A stretch of 64,000 nucleotides of DNA. Origin: Eubacteriales bacterium. Lineage in GTDB: Bacteria; Bacillota; Clostridia; Oscillospirales; SIG627. The position numbers and the translations under genes were made by a program. The first letter of the stretch is position 1. Each line of letters begins with the position of its first letter. The DNA lies in NCBI GenBank assembly GCA_045631145.1, contig JAZQUE010000074.1:3065-67064 (forward strand). Reading direction: 5' to 3'. The notes beneath the pieces are model-generated. The model made no database searches, was not told the origin of the DNA, and saw only the letters and a program-made list of their open reading frames with translations. Of the stretch, positions 29,401-38,281 are shown piece after piece.

Positions 29401-30703
29401 ACGACTGAACCTCCTTGCTCAACCCTTTCAGATAATCGCCGTACTGATTGAGGATAGCCTGTTTGGCTGACTTGTACTCGTCCGTGCCCTCCTTGGCTGC
29501 TTTCAAGCGGGCAAAGAGGCTGTCAATCTGAACACGTTCTGACGCTACCTCCTTGTTGAACTTTTCTGTCGTTTCGTTGAGTTTCGCTTGTGCCTTTTCA
29601 GCGTCAGTCTGATAGGTCACGAGCTTGTATATTCCATAAGCCAATGCAGCGACAGCAGCAGCGGCAAGTACATACGGGTTTTTAAGGATTGTCGCATTGA
29701 GAAGCTTCTGTGCTTTCTCAACGAGCAACAGGGCATTGTAATGTAACAGCTCGGAAGCCGTCCAACCTGCGTTTACAGAGGTTGCAACCGATTTTGTGGC
29801 TGTCAGTGTAATGAGGGCGGCTTTGTACACGCCATAAGTAACAACGAGTTCGCCGATAATCTCACCGACCTTTTCGTAGCTGTTCACGAGTTCCGTTGCC
29901 GCCTGTATTGAGCCTGTAATGACACCCTCCGAGTTCTCGCCAATCTTGTTGAACATATCTTCGATAGCTCCCTCCAAGTTTGAGATAGACCCCTTTATGC
30001 CCTTGCTCTGCGCTTCGAGCATACCGTTGAACTTTCCGCCCTCCGAGGTTGCGTCCATAAATGCTTTGGTAATCATTTCGGCAGAGATTGAACCCGCAGC
30101 CATTTCCTCTTTGAGCGTACCGATAGACTTGCCCGTTTGTTCGCTGATAACCGACAGTGGGTTGAAACCTGCGTTAATCATCTGCAGCAAGTCCTGTCCC
30201 ATAAGTTTGCCCGTCGATTGCATCTGTGAGAAAGCAAGCACAAGAGAATTGAATTTCTGTGCGTCACCCATTGCAATATCTCCGATAGCTCGGAGTATAG
30301 GCATAACGTTCTGTGCCTCGACATTGAACGAGAGGAGTGTTTGAGCACCTTTGGCGAGGTCACCCATAGCCATAGGAGTTGTTACGGCAAAATCCTTGAT
30401 GTCGCCGAACAGCTTCCTGCCCTGTGTCTTACCTGCAAGGATTTCAAACGACTTTTCGAGGCTTTCAATCTCGCCCCTGACATTGACCACCTGTTTGGCA
30501 AATGCCGCCGCCTGTTGTATAGTGAACACACCCGCAATAGTTTTCCCGACACGGCTAAACGCTGCGTCGATGTTGTTGCCCTCCTGTACCGCCGTTTTGC
30601 CGATACTCTGCAAAATGTTTCTTGATTGGGCTGCGTCCGCTTGCAGGGTTGAATTGTCAATACCTGTGGCGAAATGTAGTCTTCCGTTATCTGCTTTGCT
30701 CAT
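26483..30703 (-). CDS. tape measure protein
   Basis: 1406 aa; tape-measure domain-like N-terminus (SLEKSFEILAGKTQGRKLFGDIKDFAVTTPMAMGDLAKGAQTLLSF) and long coiled-coil regions. Confidence 0.9.
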   Translation of the reverse strand: MSKADNGRLHFATGIDNSTLQADAAQSRNILQSIGKTAVQEGNNIDAAFSRVGKTIAGVFTIQQAAAFAKQVVNVRGEIESLEKSFEILAGKTQGRKLFGDIKDFAVTTPMAMGDLAKGAQTLLSFNVEAQNVMPILRAIGDIAMGDAQKFNSLVLAFSQMQSTGKLMGQDLLQMINAGFNPLSVISEQTGKSIGTLKEEMAAGSISAEMITKAFMDATSEGGKFNGMLEAQSKGIKGSISNLEGAIEDMFNKIGENSEGVITGSIQAATELVNSYEKVGEIIGELVVTYGVYKAALITLTATKSVATSVNAGWTASELLHYNALLLVEKAQKLLNATILKNPYVLAAAAVAALAYGIYKLVTYQTDAEKAQAKLNETTEKFNKEVASERVQIDSLFARLKAAKEGTDEYKSAKQAILNQYGDYLKGLSKEVQSLQDVEGAYKAVTAAAREAAKARALEAATKDAADTYAEKEADAKEEIMELLNDKFKGQTGADGISLAETYYWKIVPVLEGKQEMTAEVQGIINQFERTGYYGGGMFGGGGSYQYNPMQNQITAAQRARGIFDNTMAEANRLYGGNPQAGSGTEDGGKPTEVVKNKKYWEDYKKEQQGLLDAMTAAQLQTKEAKKIRANIAEAQKQIDAYSVTKGTTAANREQKEENTIAVQTAERNEKIRQYGEDVAREARQAELDIEQARIDGMQEGLEKELAQNELNYKRLTEANLRRQEEMVEALRDKKQLEWENANPKAKEQGLSFDRSSVTAADLSSEQLQIIREYERIASDIRAKANKDSLDKALSEFMTYEQKRTEITEDYERKRKALYVDGDKSKGLREGVTQGNIDELNTQEQNALTAIDEQFAQREASYQAWCEAIANLSLQQLQGVLEQAEKELKKLEESGTADGKQIAVARAKVATAKSKVEKANAQNDVAPNKRSIEQWNDLRESLDDCCKSFDEIGDAVGGVAGEIISTTGNIMASTLSMINGIVQLVNMSATGMQGTATAAETAISTVEKASVILAVISAAMQIAMQIINLFNNDDKKQEEIEALQDRIDQLQWELDNADAVRLQNNSFKAMDMLRKATAEARQELVTLHYRMNNISGVWGTLFSTLSNNNQLLQQSAEKVAKAYANIAYTEDKAIGGAKYSDAKSQLENIAKQQLLIQEQIRNEEDKKKTDHGKIEEWEQQIQELGEQAVTIINEMVEDIIGGSSEDIAKELGDAFFEAFKNGEDYAEAWGDKVKDIVADVMQRMLVSKFLEEPLGEIFNKYKEKWFKDGQFVGLDAVINSMSGFAADLNSVGEDFAVIWESLPDSVKNMFTTTAASREASQEGIATASQESVDELNGRATAIQGHTYSISENTKQLVATAAGILESVLNIEMHTERISARMEKVEENIRDVKSTVEDIVIKGIKIQ

Positions 30704-30715
30704 TGATAGTCATTG

Positions 30716-31003
30716 TTATTCGATTGAATCTAAAAATTTCCTTACTCGCTCCCTGTTGGCAGGGTCGTCGGCTCGTACAATTTCCTCGTCCTTTTTCCCC
30801 TCCGCCGAATCTTTCGGCTTCTTGTAACTCGGGAGAACAGCCCCGTACATAATCAGATTGACGTAACTCATTTCGTACAGGACGTAATCAATGGGGAGGT
30901 TGTAAGCCTTGACAGTACCTGCGATTACTGCCCAAATGCTGTCGTTTCTTCCACTTTCGTCTGTCGCAGCAGGTTTATCTCTATCAGGAAAGTGGTAAGA
31001 CCG
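30716..31003 (-). CDS. tail assembly chaperone downstream part, expressed by predicted -1 frameshift
   Basis: -1 frame is open from T_TTT_TTC at 31009-31003 to TAA at 30718-30716: RSYHFPDRDKPAATDESGRNDSIWAVIAGTVKAYNLPIDYVLYEMSYVNLIMYGAVLPSY...; directly before the tape measure gene. Confidence 0.7.
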   Translation of the reverse strand, partial: RSYHFPDRDKPAATDESGRNDSIWAVIAGTVKAYNLPIDYVLYEMSYVNLIMYGAVLPSYKKPKDSAEGKKDEEIVRADDPANRERVRKFLDSIE

Positions 31004-31458
31004 AAAAAATCAGCCAACTGCATACGTTGTAGGAGTTGTCCCGCTAACGTGTGGAGCTGTCGGGGTGTCAGGTCTTCGAGAAGCTGACGGGCGAGTTCCG
31101 CTTTACGGTCGATAACTGTTTCCACTTCGACGGTCTTATTAAAACGCAAAAGCCCCCAAAACAGGCGTTTTTCTTTCGTCTGCGGGGCTTTCACTGTTTC
31201 CGTGAGGTGTTTTGCACCAAGCAAAAAAATCGCAACGATTTCGCCCAATTTTTGGCATTCTTTCGCTGCGTATAAACTTTCCTCTGCAAGTCTTTTCTCA
31301 TCGAGCTTCAACTGCGGGAGTTGGGAAATAGCCTCCGAAGCGAGTATCAACGTCGCCGTGCTTGGCGGATAAAACTTGTATATCTTGTCGCCGACCTTGA
31401 TGTCTTCGGGCTGCTGTAAGACAGCCTGTGCGACCTTTTTTTCTACTGTTGCTTCCAT
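30925..31458 (-). CDS. tail assembly chaperone (upstream frame)
   Basis: Start MEATVEKKVAQ; gene position upstream of tape measure; in-frame slippery heptamer T_TTT_TTC. Confidence 0.65.
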   Translation of the reverse strand: MEATVEKKVAQAVLQQPEDIKVGDKIYKFYPPSTATLILASEAISQLPQLKLDEKRLAEESLYAAKECQKLGEIVAIFLLGAKHLTETVKAPQTKEKRLFWGLLRFNKTVEVETVIDRKAELARQLLEDLTPRQLHTLAGQLLQRMQLADFFGLTTFLIEINLLRQTKVEETTAFGQ

Positions 31459-31480
31459 ACTGTCATATTTCTGTAATGAG

Positions 31481-31552
31481 TTGCGGGGGAGGGAATCGAA
31501 CCCTCGACCTTTGGGATATGAGCCCAATGAGCTACCGCTGCTCTACCCCGCT
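31481..31552 (-). tRNA. tRNA-Met(CAT)-like
   Basis: AGCGGGG-TA-GAGC-AGCGGTA-GCTC-A-TTGGG-CTCATAT-CCCAA-AGGTC-GAGGG-TTCGATT-CCCTC-CCCCGCA-A cloverleaf; anticodon CAT; terminal A-A mismatch in acceptor stem, no encoded CCA. Confidence 0.85.
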
Positions 31553-31647
31553 GTATGTCGGTTTTCTCCTGCCAACCGAAAAGGGTGTCTTTCCACTCGT
31601 CAAACGGTATTGACCGACCGTCAACGGCAGCAACAAAATGGTGTCGG

Positions 31648-32103
31648 TTACGAACCCTGACCCTCTGTATAAGGTTTCACGGTCTTACCTGTCTTCGGCT
31701 TCAAGCACTTCGCAACATAGTGCAACATCTTACCTTCTGCGGTAGAGTATCGCTCCTCGCAACGAACAACGCTGCGGTCAATCTGAATACCCTCGCAATC
31801 GGTGTCCTCGAGAGGTGTTACACGGAAAGCGTGTTCGCCTGAAATCAGACCGTCATTATCTTCAAACGGACGTTCTTTGCCTTTCTTTACGAAAAGGTCA
31901 AACTCGAACGTATAGGTGGTTTTACCGTAACGAGCGTCCACAACTTCGCCACCCTCCTCAGTCGCAAGCGTTTCCGCACCTGCGGTTGGGGTTAGTTTGG
32001 TGGTGTCCTGCTTCGGGGTGTCAATCTCCTTCCAAGATTCGGTGGGTGCCCCGTCAGTTGATACTGCGTGCTTAATGGCGCACTTGCCCCAAGATAAAAT
32101 CAT
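31648..32103 (-). CDS. phage tail tube-like protein
   Basis: 151 aa, position between chaperone and head-tail connector genes. Confidence 0.55.
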   Translation of the reverse strand: MILSWGKCAIKHAVSTDGAPTESWKEIDTPKQDTTKLTPTAGAETLATEEGGEVVDARYGKTTYTFEFDLFVKKGKERPFEDNDGLISGEHAFRVTPLEDTDCEGIQIDRSVVRCEERYSTAEGKMLHYVAKCLKPKTGKTVKPYTEGQGS

Positions 32104-32136
32104 AACTTTCTAAATTTTTATGTTATTACTTGATTA

Positions 32137-32550
32137 CTACTCATATAATCTGTATCGAAGCTTCACGACGACGAAATGCTGATTGATTTCTGGCTCGGCT
32201 TCGGTATAGATCGTCTGTTGCAACTCAAACAGGTAATTAGTTCCGCTTCCTGACAGGCTATCCACCCAACGCTGTGCAAGAGCTTCGAGAGCTTCGGCAC
32301 GTTCTCCGTCCTCGACTTGAACCCCGTCACTGTAAGGGTCGATGTCAGGGAGGTAGATATTGACTGTTACCACGCCCGTTTGTATCTCGTCAGGAAGTCC
32401 CGTCGTGAATATCACTATGATGTCTTCCTTTCGGCTGTCACGGGGGCGATAACCCTTGCGGTAAATCTCGCCTGTAACCTCCGCAGCGAGTTCACTGTTT
32501 TGGAGCAGGTCGATGATATCCGTCTGTACCTGTTTTGATGTCTTCTTCAT
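32137..32550 (-). CDS. phage tail completion-like protein
   Basis: Order in head-tail module. Confidence 0.45.
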   Translation of the reverse strand: MKKTSKQVQTDIIDLLQNSELAAEVTGEIYRKGYRPRDSRKEDIIVIFTTGLPDEIQTGVVTVNIYLPDIDPYSDGVQVEDGERAEALEALAQRWVDSLSGSGTNYLFELQQTIYTEAEPEINQHFVVVKLRYRLYE

Positions 32551-32552
32551 AA

Positions 32553-32993
32553 TTACTTCAATCCGAGTTGTTTCAACATTTGAGGAACTAACCTGTCAGC
32601 GAGGAGTTCCGCACTATCCTGAACGTCATAACCCTTTGCAGAAACATAGGCTGCGTAGTTCATACCCGCAACTACTATGAGGACTATTCCTGTCGGGTAT
32701 TCTCGGGCGAGCTGCTTTGCATATTCAGCACCCGCCTTTGAACCCTCGTGACCCTGTTTCACTGTTTCAAAACTCGAGATTTGCACGACCTGTCCGTCCT
32801 CCACGATTATGTAACCAAGACTACTTCGGAGGTTTCCCGTTTGGTCTTTGTATGAATCAGTCGAACGGGCGGTATTAAGAACCTGTTCCCCGACGTAGGC
32901 AAAGTTTCTGATGATGAGTTTTCGCCATATCTCCAACTTGCTTTCGATGTAGCCGTTGATTTCGGCTTCTGTGGTAACCTGTCTTATTCCCAT
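32553..32993 (-). CDS. HK97 gp10-like neck protein
   Basis: LNTARSTDSYKDQTGNLRSSLGYIIVEDG motif typical of gp10 family. Confidence 0.6.
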   Translation of the reverse strand: MGIRQVTTEAEINGYIESKLEIWRKLIIRNFAYVGEQVLNTARSTDSYKDQTGNLRSSLGYIIVEDGQVVQISSFETVKQGHEGSKAGAEYAKQLAREYPTGIVLIVVAGMNYAAYVSAKGYDVQDSAELLADRLVPQMLKQLGLK

Positions 32994-33097
32994 ATCGTTA
33001 TTTTTCTCGAATCTCCCGTATTTTGCGTTTTCTTTTCGCTCTCGTATGTTTTTATGAGTTTGAAAAGAAAACCCGCCATTCGGGCTGAAAACGTTTA

Positions 33098-33415
33098 TCA
33101 GATAAGCAGCCTGATTTCACAGACCGCCTCCAAAGGTTCTACCGACATAATCGAGAACTCTCCGAGCTCTTTTCCTGTACGGTCTTTCAGCCTGATTTGC
33201 TCTGCGTTGAACTCCTGTTCCTCAATCAGTACCGTGTACTGTGCGACAGTGAAATGTTCGCCGTTCACGACCCCGAGCTTGTTATGCTTGTTGGGGATAT
33301 ACTGACAGGGGATAGGCTCTCCCCACGTAGCTTCGGCTTTCTGCGGGTAGCCCTTTTGGTTCAGCCCGCCGCCCGTCTTGCTCTTGACCTCGATTGTTCC
33401 GTTAGCGATTATCAT
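33098..33415 (-). CDS. head-closure-like protein
   Basis: 105 aa, position in connector cluster. Confidence 0.45.
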   Translation of the reverse strand: MIIANGTIEVKSKTGGGLNQKGYPQKAEATWGEPIPCQYIPNKHNKLGVVNGEHFTVAQYTVLIEEQEFNAEQIRLKDRTGKELGEFSIMSVEPLEAVCEIRLLI

Positions 33416-33750
33416 AGTCTGTTACCCTTGTATCCGTAAATAGGTTTATTCTGTCCCGCTTCCTGTGCCGACAAATACTGCTGTTGCAGCTGTTTGGCTC
33501 GGTTGCGAAGCTGTACACGCTGTTCGTCCGTGAAAGAGAACGACTGCCCGCCCTGTGAAATGTCAGGAGCGAACGAGAGCCACAGAAGCAGGTCTGCGAG
33601 GGCGAGGTTGTATTTCGCCCCACGCAAGACCTCCTGTGTAGCTTCTTCGGTTTGCAGCAGCCCCCGACGCTCGATAGTCTCCAAGAGAGTACGGAGCGGA
33701 ATCGGGTATGCGTTTACCGCTTTCAGGCTTTCAAGAACTGTCGCTGCCAT
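33412..33750 (-). CDS. head-tail connector-like protein
   Basis: 112 aa, position immediately downstream of capsid gene. Confidence 0.45.
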   Translation of the reverse strand: MAATVLESLKAVNAYPIPLRTLLETIERRGLLQTEEATQEVLRGAKYNLALADLLLWLSFAPDISQGGQSFSFTDEQRVQLRNRAKQLQQQYLSAQEAGQNKPIYGYKGNRL

Positions 33751-33763
33751 AATCCGTCAGTTT

Positions 33764-34855
33764 TTACTCCCACGCCTTAGCGTCGGTCTTGACATACAGG
33801 TTGCGGTAAGCTGTGTCGAACACAGGAACTGCGTCTGCCTGTCCGATTGTAACTTCGCTCTGCGGCTCGGCTGTACCGTACTTCTTGATAACGGTATGAG
33901 CACGCTCGGCACGGATAATGGTGTCGTTGTTCTCCTGCAGGATGTCGTACTGTGTAGTACCCAAACGCTCTGTCTCGGAGAGGATCAGGCGGCTGTTCTC
34001 GAACGGGTTGCCCGAAGTCGATGTACCGTCTGTGAACTCACGAGTGATAGTTTGGTCGATAACACGCAACTGAATACCGTTGAGCCAAGCCTGTTTTGCA
34101 AGCATAGCATTTACGGCTGTCAGGTCAGGTGTCTGTGCCATACCAACAGCGTTAGCGAGGTAAGAAGCACACGCCTTGATAACCTGTTCAGAAGAACAAA
34201 TCTTGTAGAGCTCGTCGAGGTTCACGAAAGCGAATTTCGGATTGAGCTTGTGGTCTTTGGCATACTTCACGAGTTTTGCCAAGTCACCGATTACGTCGGC
34301 TGAACTTGCGTTAGCCCAATCGGTTTTGGTTGCCTGTTTCAACTCGTCGTACACGTCGTAGTCCAAGTCGAACTCGTTTGCGTAAGTTGCGTTGTTGGTA
34401 GTTGTGAAAGACAACTTACCCGCATTTGAAGCGAGCTTCCAAGCGATGTACTCCAACTCGGACTGAACACCGTTGAAGCAGAAGTCCACGTCTTCGCCCC
34501 AATACTGTACGAGCTTCGTTGCGTCGTCGTCCTGTGCGAAAGCGAGGGCAGTCTGATAATCCTTGATTTCAGAACGGGTAAGCTCACGGCTTATGCTGAT
34601 GAAAGGAATATCACCCTTTGCGCTCTCGAAGATAGGGCGACGCTTACGGATAATCGTACCGTTGTCGGTGTGCAGGTCGGCGGCTACGTTAGCCTTTCCG
34701 AGTTGGTTCTGCAATGTTCGCCAAATGAAGCCATTTACCTTTTTGACAGGGAAATGCTTGCCGAAAAGGAACGGGTTTGCGTCAGCGGTGTTCAGACGTG
34801 CCTGCACCATTTGCTGATTCAATCCCTGAATTAGCGTATTTACAATAGTTGCCAT
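33764..34855 (-). CDS. major capsid protein
   Basis: 363 aa, location after scaffold and decoration genes; capsid-like composition (LELIAWKLASNAGKL..., VFDTAYRNLYVKTDAKAWE). Confidence 0.65.
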   Translation of the reverse strand: MATIVNTLIQGLNQQMVQARLNTADANPFLFGKHFPVKKVNGFIWRTLQNQLGKANVAADLHTDNGTIIRKRRPIFESAKGDIPFISISRELTRSEIKDYQTALAFAQDDDATKLVQYWGEDVDFCFNGVQSELEYIAWKLASNAGKLSFTTTNNATYANEFDLDYDVYDELKQATKTDWANASSADVIGDLAKLVKYAKDHKLNPKFAFVNLDELYKICSSEQVIKACASYLANAVGMAQTPDLTAVNAMLAKQAWLNGIQLRVIDQTITREFTDGTSTSGNPFENSRLILSETERLGTTQYDILQENNDTIIRAERAHTVIKKYGTAEPQSEVTIGQADAVPVFDTAYRNLYVKTDAKAWE

Positions 34856-34866
34856 AATTCGTCAGA

Positions 34867-35436
34867 TTAGTAGTTGATGATACCTGTTAGATACTTAGCC
34901 ACACATTCAGGCAGAGGATTGCCCTTGGTAACGCCGATAACCCAAGCGTCGGTGTCGATGTTCTGTCCCTTTGCGACAGGCTTACCTGTGCCGACGATTG
35001 ATAGCGGAGTGTACTTCAATGCAGAAGTGCTTGCGGTTGATTCCGCAGCCGCCTCGACAATGAAACCGCCTGACTTGATTACACCGAGAGCTGTGCCGAT
35101 TGTGATTTCGTCGTAGGACTTGTTGGTGTCGTTGATTGCTGTAACGGCATAAGCCTTACCGCCAACGTTTACCATAACGAAGTCGCCTACCTTGAAGTTG
35201 TGTCCTTTCTTCACCTTGATAACCTTGTCGGTTTCGGCTACATCAGCCACAACGACGGCAACCTTTACGACGTGACAAATACCGTTAATCGGTGCGCTCA
35301 ATACTGAACCCTCGTTCAGAAAATCGCCGCCAAGCTCGGCAGAGTGTACAGAAACACCACCTCGAATGTCAGCGACTTTGTGCATAATGACACGAGGAAC
35401 GTTGCTGTCCTTGCGTCTTGATACTGTCATTCCCAT
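34867..35436 (-). CDS. head decoration/fibre-like protein
   Basis: 189 aa beta-rich protein between scaffold and capsid genes. Confidence 0.5.
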   Translation of the reverse strand: MGMTVSRRKDSNVPRVIMHKVADIRGGVSVHSAELGGDFLNEGSVLSAPINGICHVVKVAVVVADVAETDKVIKVKKGHNFKVGDFVMVNVGGKAYAVTAINDTNKSYDEITIGTALGVIKSGGFIVEAAAESTASTSALKYTPLSIVGTGKPVAKGQNIDTDAWVIGVTKGNPLPECVAKYLTGIINY

Positions 35437-35463
35437 TTTCTTTTGATGTTAGATTGTGAAACA

Positions 35464-36168
35464 TTAGAACGGCTGACCTCCCGAAGACGGAGTGTTCTCA
35501 CGGTGTGCGATAGCCTCCTCCTGTTCTTTGGTCAGTGCGCCCCCTTGATTTGAACCGCTTTGTGCGGCGGGTTTTCCGAATACAGCCCCTTTGGCAGCTG
35601 TCGCAGAACAAATGCCCTCAACCTCTGTCGATACCTCGCCAAGTAGTGTTGTGAACTCCTCGTCTGAAAGGTTCTCAATCGGTGTGCGTTCATAAGCCTT
35701 GCGGACGTTCTCATCGGTCAATTTCCCGATTACTGCATTAAGTTGCTGTCTGCGGGTTTCTGTGACACGACCCGTTTTGAGTGCGGCGATTTCATCTGTC
35801 AGCGGTTTTACTGCTGCCGAAACGGCTGCTGCAATCTGTGCTGCGATGTCACCCCCTGCTGCGGGCTGTGTTTCAGTCTGCACGGTTGTCGTAGTGGTCT
35901 GCTGTCCGCTGCCACCCCCGTCAATTTTCTGCCCGTCTTTCAAACCGTACTTCGTTTCGTATGTGTGTACGGCTGTCTGTTGGGCTTCGGTTGCTCGGCT
36001 GTCGCCGTAGCTCTCAATGACCTGCTGAATGGTTACCCCCTCAACAGCGGTTGCAACCTGTTCGGCTGTAACTACAGTTCTTGCCAACTTTGTGGCTACC
36101 CTGTCTAAAATCGCTTCGCTGACCCCCACAAACTTGGCTTTCAGCGCATCCAAAATTGTTTTTTTCAT
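35464..36168 (-). CDS. scaffold/prohead core-like protein
   Basis: 234 aa; low-complexity middle, coiled-coil-like; directly upstream of capsid genes. Confidence 0.5.
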   Translation of the reverse strand: MKKTILDALKAKFVGVSEAILDRVATKLARTVVTAEQVATAVEGVTIQQVIESYGDSRATEAQQTAVHTYETKYGLKDGQKIDGGGSGQQTTTTTVQTETQPAAGGDIAAQIAAAVSAAVKPLTDEIAALKTGRVTETRRQQLNAVIGKLTDENVRKAYERTPIENLSDEEFTTLLGEVSTEVEGICSATAAKGAVFGKPAAQSGSNQGGALTKEQEEAIAHRENTPSSGGQPF

Positions 36169-36361
36169 ATCGATAATCGTAAACTGTTTGGTTTAATGCC
36201 ACAAAAGTAATGGAAATTTTTTAAGTGTTTACAATATAATCGGGTAAAATTTGGTTTATTGGAGTATATTTCTATAAAAGGAAGATTTACATCACCATTC
36301 CTGTGATTGCACCGAGAATCAAAGAAAATTAACCGTGCAGTTAAAAATACTCGGAGAAAAA

Positions 36362-36394
36362 TTTGTTATTAGCAAAATAGTTCACTTATATTTG
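36362..36394 (+). promoter_or_regulatory. Bacteroidetes-type promoter
   Basis: TTTG-N21-TATATTTG matches TTTG-N19-21-TAnnTTTG; upstream of + strand gene block. Confidence 0.6.
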
Positions 36395-36443
36395 CACCGT
36401 GTTTATGAGGTAAACACTTTGATAACCCAAAAATAACAGAAAG

Positions 36444-36683
36444 ATGAAAGCAACAGCATTGAACTATACAACAGCCGAAATCAACCGCAACTACCGCATT
36501 AAGGTTTCAGGTATCGATAACAACGGTAACAAAATCCACAAACTCGTTGGCGTATCGAGAGCGATTGACCTTATCGGCATTGAAATGTTGAATAAGTTTC
36601 TTGACAGAGCAGCCAACTGTATGGAGGACGTTTGTGTATGCAAGCTCCGCAGGGGTATCAAATTCAGTTTCTACAACAAGTAA
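36444..36683 (+). CDS. hypothetical protein (79 aa)
   Basis: First ORF of + strand island. Confidence 0.6.
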   Translation: MKATALNYTTAEINRNYRIKVSGIDNNGNKIHKLVGVSRAIDLIGIEMLNKFLDRAANCMEDVCVCKLRRGIKFSFYNK

Positions 36684-36704
36684 TAACCAATAAATGACAG
36701 CGAT

Positions 36705-36953
36705 ATGTATAGCAAGATTACGAAACTTGAATTCGTTTTTAACGAAGTTTTCGACGCTCACCCGTTTGTGAAAATGCTTATGGATTCAGCTATCACAGAT
36801 TTGACAATGAGCACATCAGCACAGGACTACACCTGCACAGTGGTTTATGAGATTGACGAGGGCTGTATCGACCCACAGGACGCAATCGACGATGACTTGG
36901 ATTTTCTGCGAGGCGAGAATATAACCCCGAAGTCTTACCGCATAATCGAATAA
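36705..36953 (+). CDS. hypothetical protein (82 aa)
   Basis: ORF in + strand island. Confidence 0.6.
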   Translation: MYSKITKLEFVFNEVFDAHPFVKMLMDSAITDLTMSTSAQDYTCTVVYEIDEGCIDPQDAIDDDLDFLRGENITPKSYRIIE

Positions 36954-36956
36954 CCT

Positions 36957-37076
36957 ATGGCACAGATCATCGAAGCAGCATATCTATCAGGATTTGAACC
37001 AAGCTCGGACAACCTGACACCCGCCGCCCTGTATGAGGAGGCACAGGAGTATCTATTGAATTCAATCAGTTTTTAA
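36957..37076 (+). CDS. small ORF (39 aa) MAQIIEAAYLSGFEPSSDNLTPAALYEEAQEYLLNSISF
   Basis: Fills the gap between adjacent genes, 3 bp from preceding stop. Confidence 0.4.
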   Translation: MAQIIEAAYLSGFEPSSDNLTPAALYEEAQEYLLNSISF

Positions 37077-37097
37077 CCCAATAACAGTTTTTCAATT

Positions 37098-38243
37098 ATG
37101 ACACAGCAAGCAACAATGAGCCACCAAGAGGGCTTGAACGAAGTAGTGATGAACAAAGTTCAGAGAATGATTGACGGTAAAGCCGTCGGAGTACAGGCAA
37201 CAATGGAACGCCTTATCAACGAGGGAAAGATAGCACAGGACTATATCGCACCCCTCGGCGTTGAATTGAAGCGAAACGACCACACGCCTGTTATCACGTT
37301 CAACGGCGACGAGGGCTTGAAGATGAATATGCCCGACGGACAGTTCTCGCTCCACGCAAATGCAATCGGACAGCTCGCCGACCGTATGGGTATTCCGCAG
37401 CGTTACCTCCGCACACTTGCGGGAGGGGCTGAATGGCAGATAGCCCTCGCCGCTACAATGTTGAACGAGCACAGCGGTTGGACGCAGCGAAGCCGTGTTC
37501 TCGTGAGAACCGTCGGCACACAGGTAAGAGGTGTTTTAAGCGACAGCTACCGCCGCCTGAACAGCGTTGAAATCCTGACCGCCTTTGTTCAGGAAGCCGC
37601 ACAGCAGGGGGCGGTTATCTCGGACGCTTATATGAATGACACGAAAGTATGGGCGGAAACGATACTCCCGCAGCCGCTTGTTATCCCGACAGCCAAGAAT
37701 GGCGATGTGATAATCTTCGCAGGGGCACGATTCAGCACCTCGGACTACGGCGACGGAGCAGTTGATATGCGTTCGTTCCTGTTGAACGGGGCTTGCCTCA
37801 ATGGTATGGTTCGAGAGAGCGTTATGAAGCAGGTACACCTCGGTTCGAAGCTCCCTGACAACCTCCGACTATCACAGGAAACCTACGAGCTTGACACGAA
37901 GACAACCGTATCAGCCGTTAGGGACTTGACATCGGGACTGTTCAGCCGTGACACGCTCATGCAGAAAGCCTACGAGATACAGGGGGCAAGCGAAATGGAA
38001 GTTGACCTCGACCGTGAGTTGAACAACCTCACGAAGAACGGACACCTGCTGAAACAGGAGGGACAGGAAGTTCAGAAAATCCTGATGAGGAACGACCCCG
38101 AGGACGGCGTTCAGGGAGCAGCCACCCTTTGGAAACTGACACAGGCTATCACGGCTCACGCCCGAGAGCTTACGCCTGAAAGAAGCCGTGAACTACACGA
38201 AATTTCAGGTTCATTGATGAACAGGGTTAAATTACACGCATAA
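37098..38243 (+). CDS. DUF932 phage/plasmid-like protein
   Basis: GIPQRYLRTLAGGAEWQIALAATMLNEHSG...VLVRTVGTQVRGVLSDSYRRLNSVEIL. Confidence 0.8.
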   Translation: MTQQATMSHQEGLNEVVMNKVQRMIDGKAVGVQATMERLINEGKIAQDYIAPLGVELKRNDHTPVITFNGDEGLKMNMPDGQFSLHANAIGQLADRMGIPQRYLRTLAGGAEWQIALAATMLNEHSGWTQRSRVLVRTVGTQVRGVLSDSYRRLNSVEILTAFVQEAAQQGAVISDAYMNDTKVWAETILPQPLVIPTAKNGDVIIFAGARFSTSDYGDGAVDMRSFLLNGACLNGMVRESVMKQVHLGSKLPDNLRLSQETYELDTKTTVSAVRDLTSGLFSRDTLMQKAYEIQGASEMEVDLDRELNNLTKNGHLLKQEGQEVQKILMRNDPEDGVQGAATLWKLTQAITAHARELTPERSRELHEISGSLMNRVKLHA

Positions 38244-38281
38244 AAGACAATCGCCCGCCATTCGGCTTGAAAACAGCGTGA

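Noticed and set aside
31376-31660. + strand ORF containing RESNPRPLGYEPNELPLLYPA
   Set aside because: Typical spurious translation across a tRNA gene on the opposite strand
33071-33093. Similarity of CCCGCCATTCGGGCTGAAAACG to 38249-38272 CCCGCCATTCGGCTTGAAAACA
   Set aside because: Short imperfect match; the second copy forms part of a hairpin (GCCCGCCA...TGGCGGGC) that may be a terminator, but a common role could not be supported
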